From Hormiphora californensis (Eukaryota; Animalia; Ctenophora), in NCBI GenBank assembly GCA_020137815.1, contig CM035351.1:1116001-1180000 (forward strand): a DNA stretch of 64,000 nt, written 5' to 3'. This document shows, piece by piece, positions 33,619-56,622 of this stretch. A program made the position numbers and the translations under genes. The notes beneath the pieces were generated by a model. That model was not told the origin of the DNA. It did no database searches and worked only from the letters and a program-made list of their open reading frames with translations. Within the stretch, counting starts at the first letter, position 1; every line of letters begins with the position of its first letter.

Positions 33619-35573
33619 CTGTCAGTGTAAGGGGTTAGGATGGCGCTGGGTTTGTGGAGGACAGAGGTAGGAAACCACCGCAGCACACACCTCCCCTCAT
33701 CTCTGGAGGACAAATGAAGAATATCCTTCCTATTCTTCTTGCTATTGGAATACACCCTTCCCATAATACCAACATCAAATAACTTGAGGTTGTTCCTGAT
33801 CTTATCAACTAGGATGTGTTGTGGAGCTGGGAATGTATGGCAGATACCGTTGCGATGAAGGAACAGTAACCCACACAAGATGTAGTTAGTGTACTTGAAG
33901 AGGAGGGTGAACCCAACGGGACCGTCGTCAATACTCTCAACATTATTTACATCTATCTCAGAGTAAGCGGGGGTATATTCCGTCTTGAGATGCTCTGCAA
34001 GGGTGTAGAACGGACCGTATTCAAGGACCATGGACACAGTATCGGGTTGGTGAAATGTATCGGTGGAGAGGCCGAATATTAGGGCCACGTTATCATGTGG
34101 CTGGTCCCGGATTAGGGAACAAGCTAAAAACAGCTCCTTCCTGTCTGTATAAGACATGGTCCACCCTTTGTACTGCACAATGTTAATACCTCGTTTCTCC
34201 GTTGGTGTTTTGGCAAATTGACCCCTGGAAACCACCCTCAACCAAGTGTCTTTAATCTTCTCAAAGTTAGATAAGTGGGAATTATCAATAAACACTCGAC
34301 CCACATCCGGGTCCTGTACATTTAGTATCTCTGTGTCCGTTAGTCCCGTTGTTAATTGACAATCGGGTGTTCTCGGTCCGGGTTGTGGTCGAGCTAGGTT
34401 AACCAGGGCTGTCAGAGAGGAATACCTCCGTAGGGGCGCCTGCTGAAGAAAACACCAACTGTCCTCTCCCTTCTCCACAACTGCCTCGTGTACCTCACCC
34501 TTACAGCAGTACAATAATATCCAATACCCTGGTTTGTGGGACACCTCTACCAACCCATACCACCCAGTCATAATCCCATACACGCCCAGAGCCTGTTTCA
34601 CCTCCTGACAATAGGACGTCCTGACAAACCTCACCCATTGAATTCTCCTGGGTTGTACTGTTAGATCCACCGGTATTTCTTGGACAGATGCCAATTCACA
34701 TTCCTCCTCCCGGTTCAAGGAGATTTGGTAGTAGAACAAGGACAGAAACCCCTCATACAGATCCTGTGTAGCGAAGGTTAGCTGATATTGTAGACCCCCG
34801 TTAAGGTTAATCACCACACCCAGGGGAGTGTGTGATGAGATGAATTTAATGCTGGGGAATGTGAGGGTGGTGGCATTGTTGTCGGAGAGAAGTTGGACAG
34901 ATGTATCGGATATCATAACATCAGCGGTGGCAGGGGTATCCTGCTGTTGACAGGATACCTCCACCTTTAGAAACTCACCGCATAGAGCGGGAGTTCTCAG
35001 GGAGTCGAGTAACCCGAGGAATTTGTCAATAAACAGTTTCATCACTTGCTGGCAGGGGAGGCGGTGTTTTGATTTGCCAACCATATCAACTAACACCGAA
35101 TCACTATCGGAAATGTCAAGCCCCTGGTTGATGTGGTTGTACTTCCTCACAGTCTTCCCCAAATCACTCTTGCGAAGAGGTAAACCAGCCGTCTTGCAGA
35201 AGAAAAACAGGAGAAGTGAGTGGAGAAATTTAACCTGTTCTGCCTGTCCTTGATAACTGCCATGCATGGCCAGGAACTTATATTTGCACTGACAGAAGTA
35301 GTAGAAGAAGCTCTCGTAGTCACTGTGAATCATTTCCTCTGTGGGAACGAGACTTGGTAGTATCGTCAGGAATATCTTCTCATCTGTCTCTGGTAGCACT
35401 GTTCGGAATGGAAGGAGGATCCGTTGTTCCGTCATCAATACGAACCACGAGGCGTAGAATCGGCAGACTTTGAGCCGTGTTAGGAGCTGATCAAGAATTT
35501 CCGTGACCTTAGTCTGCCGCTGGAACTCAACTGACGTCCCATTGTACAGGTAAATTGTAACCAACTTTGCCAT
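33619..35573 (-). CDS. JAK: JAK-like variable exon A: FERM, SH2-like and pseudokinase up to subdomain IX
   Basis: ORF 33492..35582 (ATG at 35573). FERM-like start (VTIYLYNG..EILDQL, FFYYFCQCKYKF); SH2-like GWYGLVEVS..YSSLTALV; motifs HTFPAPQHILV, KLFDVG, CVLRWFP. Ends GAC AG|gtgtgt. Confidence 0.8.
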
Positions 35574-36305
35574 TCTCGCCACACTGCCGCTCCCTCAAGT
35601 GTTTTATAAAAACTAAGACATTTACTGAAGAGAGATCAAGAACATAACGGTAACGCAAGACATTAGACACTGTTAATTAAATTTCACATACATAATTGAG
35701 ACTTTAAGCGGTATCAAAAAATGCAAAATTCAGATTTTCCATTCGCTCATTGAGATATATATTATATTTATTGTCCGACTATTCGTTCTATGAAAGATTT
35801 ACAAGAGAGTAGTGACTCGTACGGAAAAAAGGTGACCTGTCACCCGTCACCGGTGGTCGGTGACTTTTTACGAGTGTAAAAATCGAAAAGACAAGAAAAA
35901 AAAGAGACTGAAAAAGAAAACAGCTTCACCTTTTTTATCTGGCTGCATGTGTTGCATGCACCGCATGGCGTGATAATGTAACGCGCTAAAATTGTGTCAA
36001 CTACGCTGCTTTTAACGCCGCGCGATCACTTTTTGCACAAATAAAAAAGTTTGAGAAATTTGCTAAAAATTTCCGAAAATTTCCGAGCCTTTTTAAGAAG
36101 TTTTTAAAAATCTTTGTGATCGGTCTCTCTGAAACAGTTTTAGCCATTATTCGCCCTTTCTGAAGAAGGGGCATATTCCTTGGAGTGTCAACCCCCGTAA
36201 ATCACTTGTCGAATGAGTTTTTCCTTGAAATAGAAAATTTGTTTTCTTTGTTTTTGTTGTCAATCTTCCTCACACTAACTATTTCCTCCTAAATTATAGG
36301 ATAGA
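35574..36305. promoter_or_regulatory. Putative bidirectional promoter between the JAK-like gene and SETDB1-like
   Basis: ~730-bp gap between divergent starts. CpG-containing core with flanking A/T tracts. Unpaired acceptors on both sides (gtcttag ~35612 on -, cactaac...ttatag 36299 on +). Confidence 0.5.
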
Positions 36306-39300
36306 ATGACCAGAAATGTCCTATCCTCACTACCCACGACCACCTTTGAACGTCTACCCTCCAAATGTGACCTGCCTATGACCTCGACACTCCCCCCAAA
36401 TCCACCCCTGACTGTGATTCCAGCTGGGACGAACGTCCTTGCATTTTATCAGGACTTTGCCTGGTACTTTGGTGTCGTTCAGAATTACAGTGTCTCTCGT
36501 AATGGCTCTGTCATGTACGAGGTGCTGTTTCGGTCGGGCGAGGTACGGACAGTTGGTACAAATCAGGTATTAAACAGCCAATCCAACAACCACTACATTG
36601 ACGTCGGCAGTAGGGTGGTAGTTCAACATCCCACCAAGTCCATGCTGATATCATCTCTGGTAGCCGAACTTCCCTCCGTTGAAAATATGTTTCGGTACCT
36701 TCTCTTCCTCGACGATGGTGCGGCTTGCTACAAAACAAAGGACAAGTTATGGGTCATCAACCTCATTGAAAATCCTGTCATGATGCTCCCACTGCCCCTA
36801 CAAGACATTCATCCAGGAATACTTTGCCATGAACGGAACCTCGATAAAACTGCTCAACCTAGGCACCCAATGATTCTGTCGTCTTTGTAAATTATGATGG
36901 AGTCAGTTATCAGTACACGGGCAAGGTGGTGGAAGTTGATTGTAACGTGGTTCTAGTGCGGTATAGCTTGGCAACGGGCAGCCTTGCTGAGGAATGGATA
37001 CACAGGGGTTCCAACAGGATCATATCATATGGACACAATCCAAATCCTTTCAATACCGTACACGATCAAAAGGGTAATGGAATGTCCAAAATGGCAGGTT
37101 TAAACCTGCCGATGAGTTTGGGAGAGGGGACCGCTGGGCGGGGAGTCCTGGACGATGCTACCTCAGTTATCAAGTCACCGCTAAAAGGAAAACCATACAT
37201 GGTGCCACCGAATTTTGATCCCTTCATGTTTTCAGAGGAGGGAGATGCTGTCTCGAAGGCTGCGAAATATTCGAGTTTCAACTCCTGGCCCGTTCATAAC
37301 AACGTCCCCACATCCACCATCTACAGTGAACAGCAACCACCAGCACCATACAAACCAGAACCGTACAAGCCACAGCCAATTCCCGTACCACAGTCACCCA
37401 TTCTAATACCAGACGAAAGTCCAGTGAAATCTGTCCCAGCTTTTGATAGTCCCTCATCGAACCAATTTTATCCTGACCCGATTTCCAGTAGTCAGTCGTC
37501 AACAAAATCGTTCCAAGAGAACATAGAAGATTCTCCAAATGTTTCCTGTTCACCCTCATCCTTCAAACCAACCTCCTCTGTATTCGCGTGGAATGAAGAA
37601 AGCACTTCTCGACGACGATTGAATTTCAGTCCCAAAATTAACACAGATCTAGATGTGGAGTTTGACTTTGCAGATTCAATCCTGAATACTCCAGTCTCAA
37701 CCAGTGTATCGGGTTTACCTTCTCCAGTGATCAAAGAAGAAATTAAACCAGAGATCATAACGATAGAACCGTCACCGATCAAACAGCCGCCCACACCACC
37801 ACCCCCACTAATGGCATTACCAGCTCCTGAGGTTGTGATGATCGATGATGAAGAGGAAGAGGAGTTACAAGAGGATGATGAGGAAGAGGAGGAATATGAA
37901 ATACTGCCCCTTCTCCCGCCCCCTCCAGCCCTTGAGATGAAGGTAGACCCGGGAATCATCGATGTAAAGCCTCCTCTTCCAATGATACTCCATCAGGAGG
38001 CATGTGATCCGCTCCTCTCTGCTGGTGTCGAGTGTACTTCCACCCAGAATGGAAATGTGATCGAGGTTCACGTAACAAGTGGTGATAACGGAGAGTGTAT
38101 CTCTCTTGACCCCTCATCAATCGAGATTGTCACTGCTCCCGCCGAGACTGAAGATGACACTCGACCCTTTTCCCCCGTTGTCATCATTTCCTCGCCAGTT
38201 TCCAGTAACGGTAGCAAATCCCGGAAGAGACGGTTGGTTACATCCCCTGCAAAGTCAATACCAAAGATGCGGATTAACCTGCGGGCACTAAACGATCACC
38301 AAACATCCAAAGCAGCCGCCCAGAAGTGTGTAAAACGTGCAAGGAAGCAGCAGTCAAAGGAGAGTAAGGACACGAAACAGTCAATTGCGGAAAAAAGAAG
38401 AAAGATAGCAAAAATCCCACTAACGGAACAAAACATCAGATCGCTGTGGAAGAAGAAAGAGTCAATCAAAATAAACTCAGAAGCTCGGATCTCAAAATGG
38501 TGTGCACCCTGGTCTCGGCTCATGAAGGGGCAAGTTATCAGCCGTTGAGAGGCCGTCTCTTGACAACTAACGGGATACCATCAGGTCCTGATCCAGTGGG
38601 ACTGCTGATGGAGAAGATAGGGGATGAGGAGTTAGAGGAGGGGGAGTTGGAGGAGGGTGAAATAGGAGAGGAGGAGAGTGAGGTTGAGGAGGTAGAGGCA
38701 CCAAAACCTCACACTTGTTCAATACTGTGTAATGTATATGAAAAAGGGGGTAGTAGTACATCAACTAGGATCCCCCTTGTTTTACCCTGTGACAACGGCT
38801 GGAGAAGAGACATTATCAGAGGGTGTATCGTGTACACTGCCCCTTGTGGCATCAAATGTACCACATTGGGTCAAATTTCAACGCAGCTCTCCTTGTCCAA
38901 ATGTACCAACCTATCAATCCACAACTTTTCATTCCACCTAGCGGTAACCCTGGAGACGGATCCTGCAAAACTCCCCTTCGAACCACTCTTCTCGGATAAC
39001 GACCTATCCAATGGTCTGGAGCACGTCCCTGTCCCATTTGTCAGTAATATAGGCCCTATCATCAAGTACAACTTCAGATACATGGTTGACCCCCAGCTAC
39101 AGACCAAACACAACCGCGCTGAGGATCTCGCAGTCACGTGCACGTGCGAGACATGCGAGGGTGATGGGTGTACCTGTATATCAACACTTATCCGGAGAGA
39201 GTGTAATGGAGGTTGTGGGTGTTCCATCACGTGCTCAAACAGGTGTGTTCAGCGGGGGCTCCGACACCAGCTGACTATATTTCAGGAGGATACGAGTTAC

Positions 39301-39948
39301 AGGGTGGTGACCGTTCAGGATATCCCGCCAGAGGCATTTATCTGTTGTATAGCAGGGGTGGTGAAGAGTGTGCCTGCAGACGAGGGAGAGGAGGAGTTTG
39401 TCTATTCTCTCGATCCTGCTCATTATAATGTGCCCTTAGAGGAGGCCCCGGAGGTGGAGAACGAGGAGGGGGAATCTGAAATAGCAGCATCCAAAGTGAC
39501 TCGGAATTTCCTGCACGATGATAACAAGATTTCCCTTTCCTCATCATTAGAGCTTGCTGGTAGAGCATTTGACGGAGAGTTATCCCGGAACCCTTCCTAT
39601 CTGAGCAGACAGTGGCTCCGAACTGCGATCACATTGAGACACCAGCGATCCCTTGCCGATACCACCCTCCAATCATCATATCCTTCATTGTTCACTAAAA
39701 AGCGGCCTGTAACCACCACACCCACAGCGACGGAGGCCCAAGCCCCTGAAACAGTCAAAAAACTAATCTTGGACTGCTCAGAAAACGGGAACGTGGGTCG
39801 GTTTATACCAATATCAGATAAGCGTGGAAACGCAAAGATTGTGCCAGTTATTGTCGACAACCCGGCCGTGCCCTGGTTGGCGGTTGTGTCAACTGACCTG
39901 ATCGTGAGACAGAGTGAGATTGTAATCCGGAGGGGTAACCCAAGGTGA
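36306..39948 (+). CDS. SETDB1: SETDB1/eggless-like protein (Tudor, MBD, pre-SET, bifurcated SET), intronless, degenerate active site
   Basis: Tudor (RYLLFLDDGAACY, EEWIHRGSNRI); MBD (GWRR..IVYTAPCG); pre-SET (DLSNGLEHVPV, EC..C.C..CSNRCVQRG); SET with insertion, then DCSENGNVGRF. Three ORFs are joined by slips at ~36797, ~36868 and ~38530. Confidence 0.8.
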
Positions 39949-40515
39949 CAGCACTGTAACATAAAGTGTTGTCATGGTGACATCACTGTAACATAAAGTG
40001 TTGTCATGGTGACGGTATATTCTTATTGGTGGTGGAGTTATTTTATTGTTATTATTATTATTATTCAAACACACGTGCACCCTCCTCCTCGTGATATTGA
40101 TAATTGTATAGATTTTTATTTGAGTTTTAGATTGAACAGAAATATAAAATCTCCCGTTGTTTCAGTCTTACCCCCTTTTCCCTATAATCCCTATAATGCT
40201 ATCCCCTTTCTTCCTCCTCTGATTTCATGACATTAATCGTTCCCATCTTTTATGCAGTATTGAGGTCTCATTGAGTTCCCATCTTTTACTAAACATGAAC
40301 AGCCACCCCATTCTGATATAATGAACTAATAACTATCTTCCCCTGTTTCAACCTCATTCTAACCCTCTCCATGTATTTTAGCCTGCTATGATCGACTGAG
40401 TGGCAATTGGAACTATCCACCCCGTATCCTGTGAACGGACTCACCACCCCGCTTCAATTACCGGGACAGAACAATAAAACACTCGATCGCTGAACACCCT
40501 GTTCGACGCCTCGCT

Positions 40516-42143
40516 ATGCCCATATTTGGCAGGCCGGGCCCGTTCGACGAGGCAGTCACGAAGATCTGCGATGTGGGAACTGAGAACGATGACTGGCAGC
40601 TGATCATGAATCTTTGTGATTCGGTCAACACGACCAAGGACGGTCCTAAAAACATAATGAGAGCCATTATGAAGCGAATCAAATCAGCGAATCCAATCCA
40701 GTTGGAACACGCTGTTACGCTACTGGATGCATGTGTTAACAATTGTAACAAGCCATTCCATTTGGAGCTGTGTACTAGAGCAACTGTGACAGAGTTGAAG
40801 GAGTATTTGACAAAGAACAAGGCTCCCAGCAAGGGAATCAACTCTCTGAAGGAGAACATGGTGAAGTGGAGTAAGGGATTCGGGGAGGACACCCAGCTAT
40901 ACCTCCTACAGGTGACCATCCTACAGCTCAAAAGCGAGGGGGTTACCTTCCCTAATGAGATAGGGGTTACACCCCCTATAAACCTACCTGCACCACCATC
41001 AGCCAGTGCTAGGAGGCAAGAGAATGAGGATGAAATGTTACGGAAAGCGATTGAAGCGAGTCTGAAGCAGACTAGTGGGAGTGGTGCTGCCGGAAGTAGT
41101 GGTAACACCGGTGGAGGAAGTGGAGCAGGAGGGATTTATCCAACTTTCACAGCTGATAAACCTCTCTCAACCGACCGAGAGTTGTTTAAAGTTCGTGCTT
41201 TGTATGATTTTGAGGCGGCTGAGGAGAACGAGATTACTTTTAAGTCAGGTGATATGATCAGTGTAACGGATAATGCTGACCAAAACTGGTGGAAAGGCAG
41301 GACTCCATCCAGCTCGGGGCTCTTCCCGGCTAACTTTGTAACTCGAGATCTGGCTGTAACTCCACCTCCAGACCCATCAACAGCGGCTCCTGCTCCTGCA
41401 GTTGCCAAGGTAACAGAGGTGAATCCTGGTCAGATTGACCTGTTGTTAGAGATGTTGAGGAAGGCTGATGCGACTGTGACTAATGCGGAGGAGGATAAGT
41501 TCGTTGAAGAACTGGAAACTTCCATGACTGTTCAGGAGGGCCTGGTCCAAGCGGAGTATGATCGACTGAAGGGTAAACACGATGAGTTAGATTCGATAAA
41601 TGATGATATGAGCCGGGTGGTTGGGCTCTTTCATAAGCTGTTGAAGGAGGCCCCAGCAATGGCCCCCTGCTCCTGCTCCCCAGCCTATCCAGTACTCCTA
41701 CCAGCCTACAGGCAGCACCACCTGCAATGAAAGCACCTGAACCTGCCCGACAATTCCAACAACAACCACCTCCCACCATGGCCCAACCCCAACCTCCCCA
41801 GTTTATCCCGTACCACGATCCGTATAACATGGCTCCCCATCCCGGCATGCAACAACATCCTCCAGTGCCTCAACAACAGGGAGGTCCCTACCAACCACCA
41901 CCCCATAGCCCGCCTCCTAGTTACAGCGGTAGAGAAACACCTGCTACAGCAGCAAGTGGACCTAGCAGCTACTGGTCCTCCTCCTCCTCAACAAGGCCTA
42001 CTATCCCCCTCCTCCCAGCCAGGGTGGTCCATACTCGGCCCACCATCCCCATCATGTGCCGTATCCAGGGAGGTCCTGCTCCTCATCCACCCCAGCAGTA
42101 CACTAACATTGCACACGTGACTCCCGATGTCACAGGAACCTAA
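40516..42143 (+). CDS. STAM: Signal transducing adaptor molecule (ESCRT-0): VHS, UIM, SH3, GAT, Pro/Gln-rich tail
   Basis: MPIFG..PFDEAVTK..DWQLIMNLCD (VHS); EDEMLRKAIEASL (UIM); VRALYDFEAAEENEITFKSGD..WWKG..GLFPANFV (SH3). The tail is frameshifted near 41670, so the exact end is uncertain. Confidence 0.92.
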
Positions 42144-42725
42144 CAACAACCCACAATGAGAGAGGTGGAGAGAGAGCTTTTCTTGATTTTGTATTATCGC
42201 TTGTTTTTCTTTGCTGTCTCCGTAGTGTAGTCAGGGGGAATTGATTGGTTACCATGGGAACTGAGAGAATGTTGTATAACTCGTGGGACCGGATCTTGTG
42301 TTGTTTGATTCTTTTTTCTAGTGAAGACAAGCTCGAGTTTGTTTGATGTTTTACAAAAGATACTTGAGGAATATAGTTAGAGGAACCTTGCTAGCTTGTA
42401 TTGAGTAAGTGTGTGTGTGTTCGTCTGTGTGTTAGACAGAGTCTGTGTGTGTGATGAGTGTGTAAATCTATGTAAATTCCACTGATAAAGAATTGTTGTT
42501 CTGACCTAGAAAACAGATGAACTGTGTTTCTATGACTACCAGCCACTTTCCCTTTCTTCCTCTCGTTCCAAAGTTTCCAACTACCTGTCCATTGACCTTC
42601 CTTCTGTTTACCTGACCCATAAGCTAGCTAGATGTCCACAAATGTCCAACAATCCATGACCTATCATGTCCCCATGTTCAACTCCCCTCACACCTCACCT
42701 ATATATTAGCTAGCTAGATGTGCCC

Positions 42726-51931
<9,206 letters not shown>

Positions 51932-52067
51932 GAACTGATTTAAATGAATTTAAATGACTAATTATGTTATTGGGGTGCCTTTTTTATTTCGATGTTTTTT
52001 TGTACAAACACTTTTTAGCTTATATTAATGCAGACCTTTGAGATCCATTGTTTGAAATTTTGTTCCA

Positions 52068-52206
52068 CTAAGCGACATGCAGCAAAAATTTGAAGAGGGA
52101 ACTGTCTGGGGCCGCCAGACCCCGTTTCGACAGTTGCGCTCAGATCGTGTCGGCGCCGTCAAAAGGCGAGAGTAGGATAAAAGTTTAGTTGCTCCATGTC
52201 GCTTTA
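52068..52206. mobile_element. Small MITE-like inverted repeat between the convergent UBE4 and CDK7 3' ends
   Basis: taagcgacatgcagcaaaaattt / aagtttagttgctccatgtcgcttta. Confidence 0.45.
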
Positions 52207-52306
52207 TGTTATGGAAATTGCCCATATTTGGTAAACGGGTAAAAAAGGGAATTGGTGTCAAATAAATTACAAGTTCATTTTAAAAAAGAGAGAGTCCTAT
52301 ACTGCT

Positions 52307-54027
52307 CTAAAATAATAGTCTCTTTGATATAGAGGGATCCAGTGCAGTCACCCTGGTGAAAGGCCGTTTAACACCAGATGTAGCAAGACCCTCCGAGGGG
52401 CTGGTCTCTTTGTCCCAGTCCTTCAAAACAGGCAGCTCCTCGGGGTGGGTGGGCTTCGGATCGGAGAAAAAGTAGGGGGAGTTGAGGGCCTGGAGAAGAA
52501 GGAAGGGGTGTGAGCAATATGTTAGTCACAATTGAAATAATTATGAAATCCAGAAACTAAATTAGATTTATTTTCGGGAGAGGGGGTTGTACCAATTCTC
52601 ACACACCTGTGTACAGTTGATTCGTTTGTTTGGATCAAATCGGAACATATCCTGTAGGATTCGTATCGTATGGTCGTCTGCGGCCACAAATATATCTCCC
52701 AGTGGGATCCCAGGGCAGGGTTTAAAGGCGATGTAGTCAGGTAAATCGGTGAGACCCGGCCAGTCCTCTTCGGTCGGGGTTCCCAAGGTCTCAAATATTT
52801 GTTGGAGTTGGTTTAGATCGCTCTCCCCGGGTAGGAACGGGTTCTGTGGGGGAAAAGAGTGGATTAGAGAGGGATACATCTCTGGTTCATTTTCAACAGA
52901 GTGTCTGGAACAGAGTAGAGTATTGTGTGTAATTCTACTTGAAGTTCCAGAGCTTCTAGAAAATTCTGGGTAACTAGATAGCATAATGAGAGAGGTACTA
53001 ACTGTACGGGGGGATGGGGGAGAGGTACCTTCTGTAGCAGCTCGGCAATAACGCACCCCACTGCCCAGATATCCACCCCAGTCCCGTAGGAGGTAGCGCC
53101 AAAGAGGAGTTCAGGAGCCCTGTACCAACGTGTAACGACCACGTGACTGTAGTTCTTGTCCGGAGAACCAAAGGTCCGGGCAAGACCGAAATCAGTTATC
53201 TTTAGAACCCCGTTGGAATCAATTAGCAAGTTGTTCGGTTTTATATCCTGAAAATAGGGAGGAAATAGGAAGGGGTCTTAATTGGCGGTGGGGGGGGGGG
53301 GGGGGGTGTCAGTGTACAATTGGGAGTAACATGCAAACCTAAACAGCCCAGTATTGTAGTTGACCCTGTACAAAGGCCGCCCTTGGGCCCTATCACCCTC
53401 AGGCTATAGACTTACAAAACACCTGGGTAAAAACGGGCGAGGGGGGCTTAAAAACAAAACATCAAACAGATGGGTATAGAAATCCATACCCAACTCACCC
53501 TGTGCAAGATCCAGTGTTTATGTAGATACTCCAGACCACGGAGAGTCATCATGGCATAACTTTTGATGTCCGCTGCACCCAATATCATAGAGGGTTCCTT
53601 AATCACTCTCTCTAGATCCGTCTCCATAAATGGAATAACTAGAGAGATGTTGTTTTTCGTTCCAAACACATCCAACAGCTGTGGAAATTAGGGTTTTAGG
53701 GGGAGATTTAGAAGAGGATAACGTTACAAAGATTGGCTTGCAAAAGATAGAGAAGGAGTGCCGGTGACCCATGTACTGCATATGTACACCTACCCCACAT
53801 ATGTTCTCATGCTCAATCTCCTGCAGTAACTTTATCTCCCTAACAGCCGTCCTATTGATCCCATCTTTAGCCTCAATCCTGCATCCCAACTTTATCTTCT
53901 TCACCGCCACAATCTTATTCTCATTCTGCAGGTCCTCAGCTTTGTAAACTGTAGCAAACTGTCCTTCACCCAGGAAGCCAATCTTTCGGTAGCGGAGCTT
54001 CCCGCTCTTGTGGGTCTTATCACTCAT
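52307..54027 (-). CDS. CDK7: Cyclin-dependent kinase 7 (CAK/TFIIH)
   Basis: [32 protein letters not shown]|[33 protein letters not shown]-terminal SKRLLF*. Multi-exon. Confidence 0.95.
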
Positions 54028-54366
54028 GTCATGGCAAGAGAGATCTACAAATTTGGATGTGGTTTGTTACACGATATTATTGGGAATGGGTGGGAAAGTG
54101 AAGAAAACTTCAAATGTGGGGAATTGTTGGGAAGGGAGTAATGGAACGGAGAAGAGAAACAATCGTATAGTGGGCTAAAACCAGTTTAAAAATGGGGTCA
54201 AACATACAAACACACCGGACAAATAAATTAATCATTCAGTCACACACACTGCCTCTCACAAAGTCACACATCGCTCACAGACAGGGAGTTCTTTGTTTTG
54301 CTCGACCCTGTTTGAACAAAACAGGGAGTCCTGTCCTAAAAACCATCAGTGATCAATTCCACAGTC

Positions 54367-56566
54367 TCACATTTCAGTGTCATCATCACTATCATCGTCA
54401 CAATCCATCATGTTATTCATGGCACTATCAAACATATCTCCTAATTTATCCATCCTTTTCCTGCTCTTTTTCAGTGCTGCATGTCTCTGTTTCTTAACTT
54501 TACCATGCTGTAACTGCCCCATCTCATACGGTTTATCCTCACATATCCTGTCTATCTGCTCTTTTTCTCTCTTGTCTGTCTTGAAAACCACAGTTAACTC
54601 TGGGTTAGATGCAGCCGTAGAACTCTTGTCCTCCATCCGGGTGTCTTCTTCAACCTTAATTTCATCTGGCATACTAAACTCCGCAGCCCATCCTCCTACC
54701 ACCGAACTTGATACATGAGATGGAAGCGATGCATCCTGAAAAAAGGGAAGAATTGGATTCAAATTATAAATTGGGAGTCGCAAATTAAATAACGCTTGTC
54801 AGCGCCAAATCTGAAGTCGCTAGGTCCCCTCGCGCGCTACTACGAATTGGAAAAGTTGCCACCAGTCATGTCCCACCATAAAGGTGTCCCCGCGCCCTCC
54901 AGACATACCTGTGGTGGTTTAGTGTAGAACTGTACAGAACCTGCGTTCCAATCGCGGAGCAACACTCGAGCATGCCGCATTGATATCAGGCACCCCTCCA
55001 CTCATCAACTTGCCAAACTTGAACGCCAGCAATGCCAGGAGTTGGGAGGGAGTTTCAAAGTTCTCAATATTGTAATGTTGTAGGATCTGGTCCCGGCCGC
55101 AGTGCTGTAAAATCAGTGCAATAGGTTGCACAGGGTCTTCTAAACTGTCCAGTTTAACAGAATTCTGAATGGTTGCTAGGGGACCAACGTTCTGGGCCAG
55201 AACCACACCAGGGCTGTCCAGGAGCTTAATTTTCTTATCCAACAGAACCTGATAATAATATGTTATTTTAGTTTTTATCCCCAAACTGTTATAAAGCATG
55301 ATAGACGCACGAACCTCTTGAATGGTTTTGGTGACACCAGGAACGGCACCCACATTACAGGACCGAGAGCGAAGAAGTGAATTAATGAGACTGCTCTTTC
55401 CAACATTCGGTAGTCCAACTACCCCAACTCGAATACTTGTTCTGATACCCTTGTTTCTCGTGTAGTTTACTAGCAACTGAAATTAATAATGGTTAAGTTT
55501 GGTTAAGTTTGGTTTGGTTTGGAATAGTTTAGATTGGATCTCAGTTCTAATTTGAAACTAAAACCCGTACACATTTTCAAGTAGCACGGACCAGACGGGA
55601 GGAAGTACGGGAGGTTCAAACACACACACACACAAACACGGACCATACTTTATTGGTGTCCTACCTTAGTTAGTTCCCGAGCCCCAACACACGCAGAACT
55701 AGATAACGCTTTGTGGTTCATTGCCTTGACATCTTGTGATGATTGTTGCAACCGGTTCCGTTGGGTCTGCGTATTGGCCTTGAACATGACAGTGGGGAAC
55801 TGTTTGGAGAGAAGAGTATGCCACGCCTCAGCCACTTCGAATGGTACTAGGTCTATCTTGTTCAGTACCAGGATGAGGCGCTTGTTGTAGTCGGATAACA
55901 CTGCTGTTTCAGCCTGGAATAGAGTTTATGTTATAAGATGATTTACTGAAAATTTATTCCAATCGGTGATGGGGTCTGGGGTAGTATCTGCTATGTGCAA
56001 TAATGTGGCAGTGAAAGGGGTATAGAAAAAGTTTAGTAGTAAAAGTTGAGGGGGCCCAAGTTGAGGCAAAAAGGAGTGGATCACATCCCAATCACTTACA
56101 TCGAAACATCTGCATCCCTCTGGATCTCGTACATCCAGCACTTGCAACACTACATCAGCCTGTCCAACTACTTTCCTAAATTCCTTGTAAAACGACCTCT
56201 TGATACCGTCTTTTACATTCAAGCTGAGAGAAATCAGGAGTTGTTAAATCCACACAAACTTGGTGGGTGGGTTGTTAATTTTTCAAGTTTCAAAAGATCG
56301 CCCTTACTATAATACCTCTCATTCTCAGCTGATGCAGCCTCCTCTCTCTCAAAAGCTGTCGTTCGTTGAGCTGCACTGGCAACCAAATCACTCAAACATT
56401 TTATCTGCTCAAATCCATTCTGTCGTTTGTGTTTCTGTGCTGATTTTCTTTGTTCCAATCGTTTTGTTAGCGTATCAGGCTGGAACTTTTTAGTTGTTCC
56501 AATCTGTCTGATAGGCCCACCACCTCCCGTTCCTCCCTTTTGGTTCTGTTTCTTCTTCTTACCCAT
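54367..56566 (-). CDS. GNL3: Nucleostemin/GNL3-like circularly permuted nucleolar GTPase
   Basis: FYKEFRKVV..ADVVLQVLDVRDPEGCR, LVLNKIDLVP, GVVGLPNVGKSSLINSL, PGVTK, LLDSPG. One apparent slip at ~54972. Confidence 0.88.
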
Positions 56567-56622
56567 CTAGGTCATGCTACTAAAAATATGTTTCATAATA
56601 AATTACATAAAAAACTGAGGGG

